Positions 53,655-62,370 of a stretch of DNA of 62,866 nt are shown here, one piece after another. The position numbers were made by a program, and so were the translations under genes. Position 1 is the first letter of the stretch. Every line of letters begins with the position of its first letter. The stretch comes from an uncultured Acidimicrobiales bacterium (GTDB lineage: Bacteria > Actinomycetota > Acidimicrobiia > Acidimicrobiales > SZUA-35), in the NCBI GenBank assembly GCA_938009905.1, contig CALLGK010000284.1, positions 1 to 62,866 of the forward strand, in the 5' to 3' direction. Below the pieces are notes generated by a model. That model made no database searches. It saw only the letters and a list, made by a program, of their open reading frames with translations, and had not been told where the DNA came from.

Positions 53655-55765
53655 GATGCGCTCCGTTCGAGAATGATGTGGCCGTCTTGGTGGATCATGG
53701 CGTCGTATCGCGAGGTCACAACCGTTGCGGTGTTTGTTTCGACAATGACGGCTGGGCCGTCGATGCGTTGGCCCGCGGCCAGCTTCTCCCGTTCGAAGAC
53801 GGGGGCTTCGACCGATTCACCTGTGGCTGACTCGACCATGGTTCGGGTGCCGTCTGGCGTTGGCCTGTCGGCGTCCGGACCGTCGTTGATGGACTGGGCT
53901 TCGACGGCGTCTGGTTCGGTGCCGATGGTGAGCACCCAGCTGAGAATCTCGACGTCGAGGTTGGGGATCGACCGCTCGTAGAGGCGGTTGTATTCAGACT
54001 CGAAGGCGCTCATGAGTGAGTTGCCACTCTCGTCGTCGAGCTTGACCTGTTCGATTCGAATCGGAATCTCAACGCCGACCTCGTGACCCTGACCGACGTA
54101 GCGCATGTAGGCGTAGCGAGCCTCCGTGAGTGGCTTGTCGCCAGCACCTGCACTGACGACGCCAAGCGCTTCGGTCCGCATCTCTTCCAGCAGGTCGTTG
54201 CATGCGACCGCATCAAGCGTGCTGAGTCGCTGGTGGAAGCTGCGCGTTACCTCGTAGGCCACAGGAGCTCGCAGGAACCCGATGGCAGAACCAACGCCAG
54301 CTCCGGGAGGAATCACGACCCGAGGCATGTTGAGCTTCTCGGCGATACGACAGGCGTGCAGCGGAGCGGCACCGCCAAAGGCGATGAGGGTGCGCTTCTC
54401 GATGATCTCGCCCGATTCGATGGCGTGCACTCGAGCGGCGTTCGACATGTTCTCGTCGACCATCTCGGACACGCCGAGCGCAGCGTTGCCGGCATCGAGC
54501 CCAAGCTTCTCGCCAACGTGGTTGACCATGGCCGCTTCGGCCGCAGGCTTGTCGAGCTGCATCGTGCCGCCCGCGAAGTTGTCTGGGTCGATACGACCGA
54601 GCACCACGTCTGCGTCTGTGACAGCCGGCTTCTCGCCACCAAGGCCATAGGCCGCTGGCCCCGGCTCGGAGCCTGCACTCTCTGGCCCAACCGCAATGCG
54701 GCCGAGGGCATCAACGTGGGCCAGTGAGCCACCGCCGGCACCAATCTCGACCATCTCGATTACGGGGATACGAAGCGGCAAACCGCTGCCCTTCATGAAT
54801 CGATAGATGCGAGCAACCTCGAAGGTGCGAGACGTGTGGGGCTGGCCGTCGTCGATCAAGCAGAGCTTGGCCGTTGTGCCGCCCATGTCGTAGGACACCA
54901 CGTCGTCGAGGCCGAGTGAGCGGGCAATGTGACCGGCGAAGATGGCGCCGCCGGCGGGGCCGGACTCGACAAGGCGAACGGGGAAGCGACGAGCCGTTTC
55001 GAGTGTGGTGATGCCACCGCCAGACAGCATGAGATACAGCGGGCAGTCGATGCCGATGCGCTGAAGTTCGGCCTCGAGGCGAGAGAGGTGCGAGCTGATC
55101 AGCGGCTGCACGTATGCGTTGGCGCAGGCAGTGCTGAGCCGCTCGTATTCGCGCATCTCGGGCGAGACTTCACTTGAGATGGAAATCTCAACGTCTGGCA
55201 TGAGTCCAGCGAGGATGTCGCGGGCTCGCTGTTCGTGATCCGGGTTGACGTAGCTGTGAAGGAAGCCGATGGCGAGGCTTTGCACGCCAGCTTCTTGCAG
55301 CGTCGGAACGGTGTCGGCAACAGCCTGTTCGTCGAGCGGGATGAGCACTTCGCCGCGCACGTTGACTCGCTCAGGAATCGGCAGGCGAAGTCGGCGCGCA
55401 ACAAGCGGCTCGGGGAGTTCGATGTTGAGGTCGTACTGCTCGTAGCGACTCTCGTTGCGCATCTCGATCGAGTCGCGGAAACCCTCGGTGGTGAGCAAGG
55501 CCGTTGGCGAACCCTTGCGTTCAATCAGCAAGTTGGTGGCCAGCGTCGTGCCGTACACCATCATCGTGACGTCTGAGGCGGCAACCCGTGCCTCGTCGAG
55601 CACCTTCTTCGCACCGGTAATCACGCCCCGTTCAGGAGCGTCGTGCGTGGTGAGCGTTTTGGTGACCGTCCGAACAGTGTCGGCCCCTCTCCCCTGCTCG
55701 AGAGCCACGTCGGTGAACGTGCCTCCGATGTCAACTGCGAGACGAATCTCCGAAGCGATCTGCAT
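53651..55765 (-). CDS. hyuA: Hydantoinase A/oxoprolinase family protein
   Basis: ATG 55765 gives MQIASEIRLAVDIGGTFTDV, with SYDMGGTTAKL. The 24 upstream codons of ORF 53651-55837 lie inside the repeat element. Confidence 0.9.
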   Translation of the reverse strand: MQIASEIRLAVDIGGTFTDVALEQGRGADTVRTVTKTLTTHDAPERGVITGAKKVLDEARVAASDVTMMVYGTTLATNLLIERKGSPTALLTTEGFRDSIEMRNESRYEQYDLNIELPEPLVARRLRLPIPERVNVRGEVLIPLDEQAVADTVPTLQEAGVQSLAIGFLHSYVNPDHEQRARDILAGLMPDVEISISSEVSPEMREYERLSTACANAYVQPLISSHLSRLEAELQRIGIDCPLYLMLSGGGITTLETARRFPVRLVESGPAGGAIFAGHIARSLGLDDVVSYDMGGTTAKLCLIDDGQPHTSRTFEVARIYRFMKGSGLPLRIPVIEMVEIGAGGGSLAHVDALGRIAVGPESAGSEPGPAAYGLGGEKPAVTDADVVLGRIDPDNFAGGTMQLDKPAAEAAMVNHVGEKLGLDAGNAALGVSEMVDENMSNAARVHAIESGEIIEKRTLIAFGGAAPLHACRIAEKLNMPRVVIPPGAGVGSAIGFLRAPVAYEVTRSFHQRLSTLDAVACNDLLEEMRTEALGVVSAGAGDKPLTEARYAYMRYVGQGHEVGVEIPIRIEQVKLDDESGNSLMSAFESEYNRLYERSIPNLDVEILSWVLTIGTEPDAVEAQSINDGPDADRPTPDGTRTMVESATGESVEAPVFEREKLAAGQRIDGPAVIVETNTATVVTSRYDAMIHQDGHIILERSAS

Positions 55766-55791
55766 AACAAAGATGTTATCTCGTTCGATCG

Positions 55792-55839
55792 CGAACTGGC
55801 ACCGATCTGCGCGCACCTCGCGCAGAAACCGTGCCAATT
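55792..55839. repeat. 48-bp hairpin element, copy 1
   Basis: CGAACTGGCACCGATCTGCGCGCACCTCGCGCAGAAACCGTGCCAATT has inner stem CTGCGCG/CGCGCAG and outer stem TGGCAC/GTGCCA. It lies 26 nt upstream of the hyuA ATG. Confidence 0.85.
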
Positions 55840-55862
55840 AGGAGATCCCACACCACGAACTA

Positions 55863-55910
55863 CGAACTGGCACCGATCTGCGCGCACGCCGCGCAGAAAC
55901 CGTGCCAATT
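55863..55910. repeat. 48-bp hairpin element, copy 2
   Basis: Identical to copy 1 except for 2 nt in the apical loop (CACGCCG vs CACCTCG). Period 71 bp. It lies 17 nt downstream of the panE-like stop. Confidence 0.85.
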
Positions 55911-55927
55911 GGCCGAGCGGTAGCCAT

Positions 55928-56827
55928 TCACCAGGGCGTCGGTTCTCCCATACGAATGATGGTGGTCAGCATGTCGTTCAGGGGAACGGCTACGCCGTGA
56001 CGAGCAGCGAGGCGACCGACAACGCCGTTGCGGGCCTCCCACTCGGTGGCAACGCCATTGATGCGATCGACAACGATCGAACTCATGTGCCCGCTGGCTT
56101 GCTTCGCCAAGCCGTCCATGATGCGAACTGGCAGATCGGTTGAGAGGCGAGCACCACACGCCCGACCCACCTCGGCCACCTCTTCCATCAGACGAATCGC
56201 AAGGTCTCGTGCGTCGTCGTCAGCAAAGACACGGTTGTCTGTGCGAGCCAGGGTGCAGAGTCCGCCGGATGCAGCATTCATCATCAGCTTGATCCACGCA
56301 TCGGTCGTCCAGTCGTCCGAGAGCTTCACGTTGACAAACGACGAGGCAAGCAGATCGGCCACGGCCTGCCCCGCTGGCTCGTCGGGAATCGTGATGCGGG
56401 CTCGACCGGTGACCGCAATGTCGCCGGGCGCATCTCGCCGGGCTGGCAGAGCGACCACTGCTGGCACGAGCGCCGTCTCGGGTGGAACCAGCGGGCGAAG
56501 TCGATCAATGTGCTCGATGCCGTTCTGAAGAATCACCAGCGTTGTCGCGGGACCTACGAGGGCGGTCAACCACTCGGCTGCATCGGCGGTTTGGTGGGCC
56601 TTGACGGCGAGAAAGGCAACGTCAACCGGGCCTCGACTTCCTACGTCGGCCGGCGAGGCAATACATGCCGCGCCGACGTCGGCCGCGACGACGCCCTCAA
56701 GATGATTGACCCGAAGCTGCGTGAACGGGGTTCGAACCGCCAGGAGTGGTGGACTGCCCGCATCGATGAGAGCGCCGGCGACCGTGCCGCCGATGGCTCC
56801 TGGCCCAATAACTGCCGTGCTGGTCAC
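55928..56827 (-). CDS. 2-dehydropantoate 2-reductase (ApbA/PanE) family oxidoreductase
   Basis: [14 protein letters not shown] Rossmann motif, 299 aa. GTGA overlap with the udp stop. Confidence 0.8.
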   Translation of the reverse strand: MTSTAVIGPGAIGGTVAGALIDAGSPPLLAVRTPFTQLRVNHLEGVVAADVGAACIASPADVGSRGPVDVAFLAVKAHQTADAAEWLTALVGPATTLVILQNGIEHIDRLRPLVPPETALVPAVVALPARRDAPGDIAVTGRARITIPDEPAGQAVADLLASSFVNVKLSDDWTTDAWIKLMMNAASGGLCTLARTDNRVFADDDARDLAIRLMEEVAEVGRACGARLSTDLPVRIMDGLAKQASGHMSSIVVDRINGVATEWEARNGVVGRLAARHGVAVPLNDMLTTIIRMGEPTPW

Positions 56828-57624
56828 GAGTCGGCCGTCATCCGGCGGGCCGCCTCGACCACGACGGCGATTGAGTTCTCTTCAACCAGAGCCGCCGATT
56901 CGGGTGACGGCAACTCGGCATCGGCCCGGTTCATCAACACGCCGGCCACACAGCCAGCCCGCCAGCCGTTGGCAGCACACATCGTGAGCAGCGTGGCCGA
57001 CTCCATCTCGTAGTTGAGAACGTGCAGTCGCTGCCACTCTTCGAGCGACCCTCGGAACCGCTCGACGACAGTGCCGGCCACGGTGTCGTAGCGCTCCTGG
57101 CCGGGGTAGAAGGTGTCCGACGAGGCGGTGATGCCAACGTGATGCGTGAGGCCAAGTGCTGTGGCGGCATCGACGAGCGTGCGGGTGCACTCGAACGAAC
57201 TGGCCGCCGGATACTCGAGCGGGGCGAAGTGCTGACTGGCACCGTCGAGGCGCACCGACGCCTGGGTCACGATCAGATGACCCGATTCGATACCGGGCTG
57301 AATGCCACCGGTGGTGCCCACCCGCAGAAATGTTCGGATACCAAGCTGAGCCAGTTCTTCGACGGCGATCGACGTCGACGGACCACCGATGCCGGTCGAA
57401 CACACCACCACAGGGGTGCCGTCGAGCCGTCCAAGGGCAGTGGTGAACTCTCGCTCGGCGGCGATGACGGAGGCGCCGGGATCGAGACGTTCGGCGATGC
57501 GCTCGACGCGGCCCGGATCACCAGGCACGATGGCCAGTGTTGCCCCTTCGAGTTGGCGTTTGACAAGGCCGAGATGGAAGACGTCACTCACACGCGGCAC
57601 GGTAGTTCCCGCAGTGCTCATCAC
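56824..57624 (-). CDS. udp: Uridine phosphorylase
   Basis: Long collinear identity with E. coli Udp as I recall it: [82 protein letters not shown] and [14 protein letters not shown]. Confidence 0.9.
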   Translation of the reverse strand: MMSTAGTTVPRVSDVFHLGLVKRQLEGATLAIVPGDPGRVERIAERLDPGASVIAAEREFTTALGRLDGTPVVVCSTGIGGPSTSIAVEELAQLGIRTFLRVGTTGGIQPGIESGHLIVTQASVRLDGASQHFAPLEYPAASSFECTRTLVDAATALGLTHHVGITASSDTFYPGQERYDTVAGTVVERFRGSLEEWQRLHVLNYEMESATLLTMCAANGWRAGCVAGVLMNRADAELPSPESAALVEENSIAVVVEAARRMTADS

Positions 57625-57741
57625 CCAAGGCCCACCAACGAAGACTCACAGCATGCACAACCGTATTGTTGGAATTTGAACTACCTTGCTACAGGTTACC
57701 TACCAGCCAGCACAAGCTCACCACACGAACAGGACCACGCC

Positions 57742-58254
57742 ATGGCCGACGACGCAGCTACCAAAGACGACGCAGCCAACCGAACAGACGAGTGGGCCGA
57801 GCTTCGAGCCAAGCACCTCAAACCCGCCGGTGAGCGGCCCACCTCTACCGCTCGCGGGATCCATCACATGGCGCTGCTGTCGAGCGACGTCGAGCGGACG
57901 ATCGACTTCTACCAGGGCATCCTCGAGTTCCCGCTGACCGAGTTGTTCGAGAACCGCGACTACGAGGGCTCGACACACTTCTTCTTCGATCTTGGCAATG
58001 GCAACGCCCTCGCCTTCTTCGACTTTCCTGGCCTTGGGCTCGAGAAGTACGCCGAAGTGCTTGGCGGCTTCCACCACGTCGCCATTTCGGTGTCCCCCGA
58101 GACGCAAGCCCGACTGAAGCAGCGCCTTATCGACGCCGGCATCGAGATTCACTTCGAACACGAGACGTCGATCTATTTCAACGGCCCAGACGGCGAACGA
58201 CTCGAACTGCTCGCCGACGATCTCGGCGAGATGTACGGCAACACCGTCTTGTAG
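57742..58254 (+). CDS. VOC (glyoxalase/bleomycin resistance/dioxygenase) family protein
   Basis: ATG 57742. GIHHMALLSSDVERTIDFYQGILEF...HHVAISV...GPDGERLEL. The upstream 240 codons of ORF 57022-58254 are antisense to udp. Confidence 0.8.
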   Translation: MADDAATKDDAANRTDEWAELRAKHLKPAGERPTSTARGIHHMALLSSDVERTIDFYQGILEFPLTELFENRDYEGSTHFFFDLGNGNALAFFDFPGLGLEKYAEVLGGFHHVAISVSPETQARLKQRLIDAGIEIHFEHETSIYFNGPDGERLELLADDLGEMYGNTVL

Positions 58255-58280
58255 CCAGCCGCTATCGCCCCTTGCATCTT

Positions 58281-58332
58281 CGTTCTGGAGGCCGGAGAGT
58301 ACGTTTTCGTGCCCTACGGCCTCCAGAACGGG
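58281..58332. repeat. Palindromic intergenic element, copy C
   Basis: CGTTCTGGAGGCCGGAGAGTACGTTTTCGTGCCCTACGGCCTCCAGAACGGG lies between the convergent VOC (+) and M20 (-) genes. Confidence 0.85.
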
Positions 58333-58352
58333 AGAAGTTCTGAGCTGATGTC

Positions 58353-59552
58353 TTAACGAGCCATTGCCATGGCTGCGTAGAGACCGACGCCGTAGTGAAG
58401 CTTCGACTCGGAGATTCGCATCAGGTTTGAGTGGTTGGGAGCAGCCTGCTCGATCGGAAGATCGTCTGGACACACGCCCATGAACGCCATCGACCCTGGC
58501 ACCTTCTGCAGCACATAGCTCCAGTCCTCTGCACCCATCACGGCCGTGGGCATCTCGAGGAAGTTGTCGCCACCAAGAAGTGAGCTGGCAACCTCGCCCG
58601 CAGCCTTGGCCTGCTCAACGTCGTTGACGGTCACTGGGTAGCCCGGGACGATCTCGAAGCTGCAACCGCACCCATGGGCGTGAGCTGTTCCGGTCGCCAC
58701 CCGCTCGACGCCGGCCCGCAGCTTGTTGCGGGTCTCTTCGTCGAGCGTCCGGATCGTGCCTTCGACAAAGGCAGAAGGCGGAATCACATTGTTGGTCGTT
58801 CCGGCTTCGATGTGGGCAACCGTGACAACGCCCGACTTGCTGGCATCGACTTCGCGGCTCACCAGCGTGCTCAACGCGCTCACGGAAGCTGCAGCAGCAG
58901 GGATGGGGTCGACGGTGTAGTGCGGCATCGAGGCGTGGCCGCCCTTGCCTTCGATCGTGTACTGGAACACGTCGGCCGAGGCCATCAGGGGTCCGCCCTT
59001 ACACATGATCAATCCGTTGGGCGCATTCGAGAGCACGTGAATGGCAAACGCCCGATCGACGCCGTCGAGCACGCCTTCTTCGATCATGTAGCGGGCCCCG
59101 TGAAAGCCCTCTTCTCCCGGCTGGAACATAAAGCGAACCTTGCCCGTGAGTTCGTCGGAGTTCTCCGACAGCAGTTGGGCTGCGCTCACCAACATCGCGA
59201 CGTGGGCGTCGTGTCCACACGCATGCATGCGGTCTTCGTGCTGGCTCTGGAAATCCGAGACGTAGTCCTCAGTCATCGGCAGCGCATCCATGTCGCCTCG
59301 AAGCAACACCGTTGGGCCGGGCCGACCGGTGTCGAGGTCGGCAACGACCGACGTTGTCGACTCGCCAAGGGTGATGTCGAGGCCAAGGCCCGTGAGCGCA
59401 TCGACAATTCGCTTCTGCGTATTGGGCAGTTGCAACCCGAGCTCTGGATCGTGGTGGATGGCACGGCGCAGCTCAATGGTGAGCGGGTCGAGAGCTTGGG
59501 CGGTATCGAGAAGATCCTGGGAGGCGGTGGCGTCGAAGGTCAGCGTTGACAT
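58353..59552 (-). CDS. M20-family amidohydrolase (aminoacylase/hippurate hydrolase-like)
   Basis: MHACGHDAHVAML and FMFQPGEEG. ATG 59552 (MSTLTFDA...). Confidence 0.85.
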   Translation of the reverse strand: MSTLTFDATASQDLLDTAQALDPLTIELRRAIHHDPELGLQLPNTQKRIVDALTGLGLDITLGESTTSVVADLDTGRPGPTVLLRGDMDALPMTEDYVSDFQSQHEDRMHACGHDAHVAMLVSAAQLLSENSDELTGKVRFMFQPGEEGFHGARYMIEEGVLDGVDRAFAIHVLSNAPNGLIMCKGGPLMASADVFQYTIEGKGGHASMPHYTVDPIPAAAASVSALSTLVSREVDASKSGVVTVAHIEAGTTNNVIPPSAFVEGTIRTLDEETRNKLRAGVERVATGTAHAHGCGCSFEIVPGYPVTVNDVEQAKAAGEVASSLLGGDNFLEMPTAVMGAEDWSYVLQKVPGSMAFMGVCPDDLPIEQAAPNHSNLMRISESKLHYGVGLYAAMAMAR

Positions 59553-59706
59553 GCCGCCCACTGTTGCCGATCACTCGTCGAGAATCCACTGCGGACCGCA
59601 GGGGCGAGCAGCCGAGCCAGACGTCACCCCCACTGTGTCGGCCTCGCGACAGAGCCAGCGTCCGTTCGTAGCGACGATGAGAAAACACATCACCCTTGGA
59701 GGAATT

Positions 59707-60312
59707 ATGAAACACCTACGCACCGCAATCATGGCACTCATCGTCATCACACTGGCCGCAGGTCTTGTTGGCCAGCCGGCAAGCGCCGTACCACTCCCGC
59801 GAGACGGAGAAAGGGACTTGCTAGACGAACAAAGAGAAGGAAGTGGAATCCTGCGTGTCGATCTTGTCTACAGCGACGATCCGGGGACAGGCCGAACCGT
59901 CAGCTTGCAGCTTGACGACGACTACCAAGTGCTCGAAGACGCCCCGAGGACGTGGTCGGTCTACGGCATACTCGCCTGGGATAGCCCGAACTTCCGCATC
60001 AGCATCAATGGGTCGGGGCAGTATCGGAACTTCAGCGATTCACAAGGAATCACACCATTCGAAACTTCTGGCGTCGATTTCACCGCCACAACGCAGCTCG
60101 AACCCGGAACCTACGAGATCCTGATCGAATCGTTCGACAGCGATCGGGTCTTGACCGACACCGAAACGGCGACGCTCGTCGTACGCGAGCGACTCCCTGA
60201 GCTCGAAGACGGCGGAGGGTCCCTGCCGACGAATCCCATCCCGGATCCGCTCACCATTCCCAGTGAGCCGTCTGCACCCCAGCTTCCGATCGGTACCAGC
60301 TGGCCGTTCTGA
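59707..60312 (+). CDS. Secreted hypothetical protein
   Basis: GGAGG at 59698-59702, 4 nt before ATG 59707. Signal peptide MKHLRTAIMALIVITLAAGLVGQPASA-V and a Pro-rich C-terminus. No domain recognised. Confidence 0.6.
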   Translation: MKHLRTAIMALIVITLAAGLVGQPASAVPLPRDGERDLLDEQREGSGILRVDLVYSDDPGTGRTVSLQLDDDYQVLEDAPRTWSVYGILAWDSPNFRISINGSGQYRNFSDSQGITPFETSGVDFTATTQLEPGTYEILIESFDSDRVLTDTETATLVVRERLPELEDGGGSLPTNPIPDPLTIPSEPSAPQLPIGTSWPF

Positions 60313-60387
60313 GATCACCCTCACCCGAGGCGTGGGATGGCCGGGCTCGGATTCCCCAACCCCTCGCCTCGGGTGTAGACAATCGGA

Positions 60388-61551
60388 ATGGATTACTCGC
60401 CGAACCCAGATCACGAGGCGATCGTCGAAGCCGTCGACAAAGTATGCGCCCAGTTCGATGATGCCTACTGGTCTCGTTGCGACACCGAGCACGAGTTTCC
60501 CTGGGACTTCTATGCAGCCATGGCCGAGGGCGGCTGGGTCGGCATTGCCATCCCGGAAGAATACGGCGGTGGTGGCCAAGGAATCATGGAAGGCGCCCTT
60601 GTTCTGAACCGCATTGCGGCCTCTGGCGCCGCGATGAACGGCTCGACGGCTGTGCACCTCACCATGTTCGGCCTCAACCCCGTGGTGAAGTTTGGCAACG
60701 ACCAACTGAAGGAGACGTTCCTTCCTCGCGCCGCGGCTGGTGATCTCCACGTGGCCTTCGGCGTGACCGAGCCTGACGCTGGCACCGACACCAGTCGCAT
60801 CACCACTCGAGCCATCGAAGACGGGATGGGCGGGTGGATCGTGAGCGGTCGAAAGATCTGGAGCTCAAAGGCGCTCGAATCAGAGGTGTGCCTCCTCCTC
60901 GCCCGCACCGATGGCGAACCGGGCGAGGGCTTCGGCGGGCTGACGCTCTTCCTGGTTGACCTCGACGAGGAGTATTGCGACATCGCCGCCATCCCGAAGG
61001 TGGGACGCAACGCCGTTGCCTCGTGCGAGGTGGCATATGACGAGCTGCCCGTTGAGGGCTGGCGCATGGTGGGCGAACGAGGCCGCGGCTTCCATCACAT
61101 CCTGCATGGCCTCAACCCGGAACGAATTCTGCTGGCTGGCATGGCCTGCGGCATCGGCGAGGCGGCGCTCCGCAAGGCCGTTGGCTATGCGACCGAACGC
61201 GAAGTGTTTGGTCGGCTCATCGGCGCCAACCAGGCCATCAGCCATCCTCTGGCCAAGGCCCACATCGAGCTCAACGCGGCATGGCAAGTGATGAAAGAAG
61301 CGGCCTGGCGCTACGACAACGGCCTGGAATGCGGCGAGCAGGCCAACTCCGCGAAGTACTTGGCAGCCGAGGCGTCCTACTTCGCCGCAGACGCAGCCAT
61401 GCAGACGCACGGTGGGCTCGGCTACGCATCGGAGTACCACGTCGAGCGCTACTGGCGAGAAGCCCGCCTCCAGCGCATCGCCCCCGTCAGCCAAGAGATG
61501 ACCCTCAACTACATCGCCCAAAATGTCCTTCGCCTCCCCCGCAGCTACTGA
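60388..61551 (+). CDS. Acyl-CoA dehydrogenase
   Basis: GVTEPDAGTD, three-domain length of 387 aa, and C-terminal QTHGGLGYASEYHVERYWREARL. Confidence 0.9.
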   Translation: MDYSPNPDHEAIVEAVDKVCAQFDDAYWSRCDTEHEFPWDFYAAMAEGGWVGIAIPEEYGGGGQGIMEGALVLNRIAASGAAMNGSTAVHLTMFGLNPVVKFGNDQLKETFLPRAAAGDLHVAFGVTEPDAGTDTSRITTRAIEDGMGGWIVSGRKIWSSKALESEVCLLLARTDGEPGEGFGGLTLFLVDLDEEYCDIAAIPKVGRNAVASCEVAYDELPVEGWRMVGERGRGFHHILHGLNPERILLAGMACGIGEAALRKAVGYATEREVFGRLIGANQAISHPLAKAHIELNAAWQVMKEAAWRYDNGLECGEQANSAKYLAAEASYFAADAAMQTHGGLGYASEYHVERYWREARLQRIAPVSQEMTLNYIAQNVLRLPRSY

Positions 61552-61626
61552 ACGCTCTTAGGGGTCAAGTACAAAACGTCACGCTGCCCCTTTGCAATTG
61601 CCGCCTCAACCCACCTCGGAGATCTC

Positions 61627-62370
61627 ATGCGCATCGTTCCCCTCGAGATTGGCCGGCTTGAATCATCGGCCCGCACGCTCACCCAACGGGAAGGCCGCAT
61701 TACGCTGCCCATCCCGAGCTGGCTGATTGAACACAACGGCCAGACCGCGTTGTTCGACACGGGCCAGCATGCCGAACTGCAGCACAGCAAGGATCGCCTC
61801 GGCCCGCTTGCCCCGCACTTCAATCCCGACCTGCCAGCGGACGAAACCCTGACGGCACGGCTCGAGGCAGCGCAGATTGATCCTGCGTCCATCGACGTGA
61901 TCGTGTTCTCACACCTCCACTTCGACCATTCGGGTGGCACCGCCGAGATCCCAAACGCTCGCATTGTGGTGCAGCGTGACGAGTGGGACGTCGGCCATCG
62001 AGACGACCTCGTCGAACGAGGCGAGTACTTTCCACACGAGTTCGACTTGGGCCACGACCTCGAACTGATCGACGGTGAACACGATGTGTTCGGCGACGGA
62101 CGAGTGCGATGCCTGCCTACACCGGGCCACACGGCGGGCCATCAGTCGCTACGGGTCGAGCTCGACTCTGGGCCTGTCGTGCTCACCGGCGACTGCATCT
62201 ACCTCGAGTGGATGCTGGAACAGATGGCTCTCCCCCGCTTCAGCTACGACGCCGAACAGCAACTTGCGTCCATGCGCTTACTACAGGAGCACCGCGACAC
62301 CCACGGCTGTCAGTTGCTGTTTGGGCACGACGCTGCGCAGTTCGGTGCTCTTCCCGCTGAGCTCAGCTGA
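61627..62370 (+). CDS. MBL-fold hydrolase, N-acyl-homoserine-lactonase-like
   Basis: HLHFDHSGG (HxHxDH), TPGHTAGH, and C-terminal GHD. GGAG 6 nt upstream of the ATG. Confidence 0.8.
   Translation: MRIVPLEIGRLESSARTLTQREGRITLPIPSWLIEHNGQTALFDTGQHAELQHSKDRLGPLAPHFNPDLPADETLTARLEAAQIDPASIDVIVFSHLHFDHSGGTAEIPNARIVVQRDEWDVGHRDDLVERGEYFPHEFDLGHDLELIDGEHDVFGDGRVRCLPTPGHTAGHQSLRVELDSGPVVLTGDCIYLEWMLEQMALPRFSYDAEQQLASMRLLQEHRDTHGCQLLFGHDAAQFGALPAELS

Noticed and set aside
55792-55910. Interpreting TTGGCACGGTTTCTGC in each 48-bp repeat as functional sigma-54 promoters.
   Set aside because: The gene content looks actinobacterial, and that phylum is generally reported to lack rpoN. TGGCAC is also one arm of the hairpin outer stem, so the match may be structural coincidence. 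It is kept only as a caveat in the finding.
57022-57741. N-terminal 240 codons of the 410-aa ORF 57022-58254.
   Set aside because: They are antisense to the very well supported udp gene. Only the part from ATG 57742 shows VOC-family sequence.
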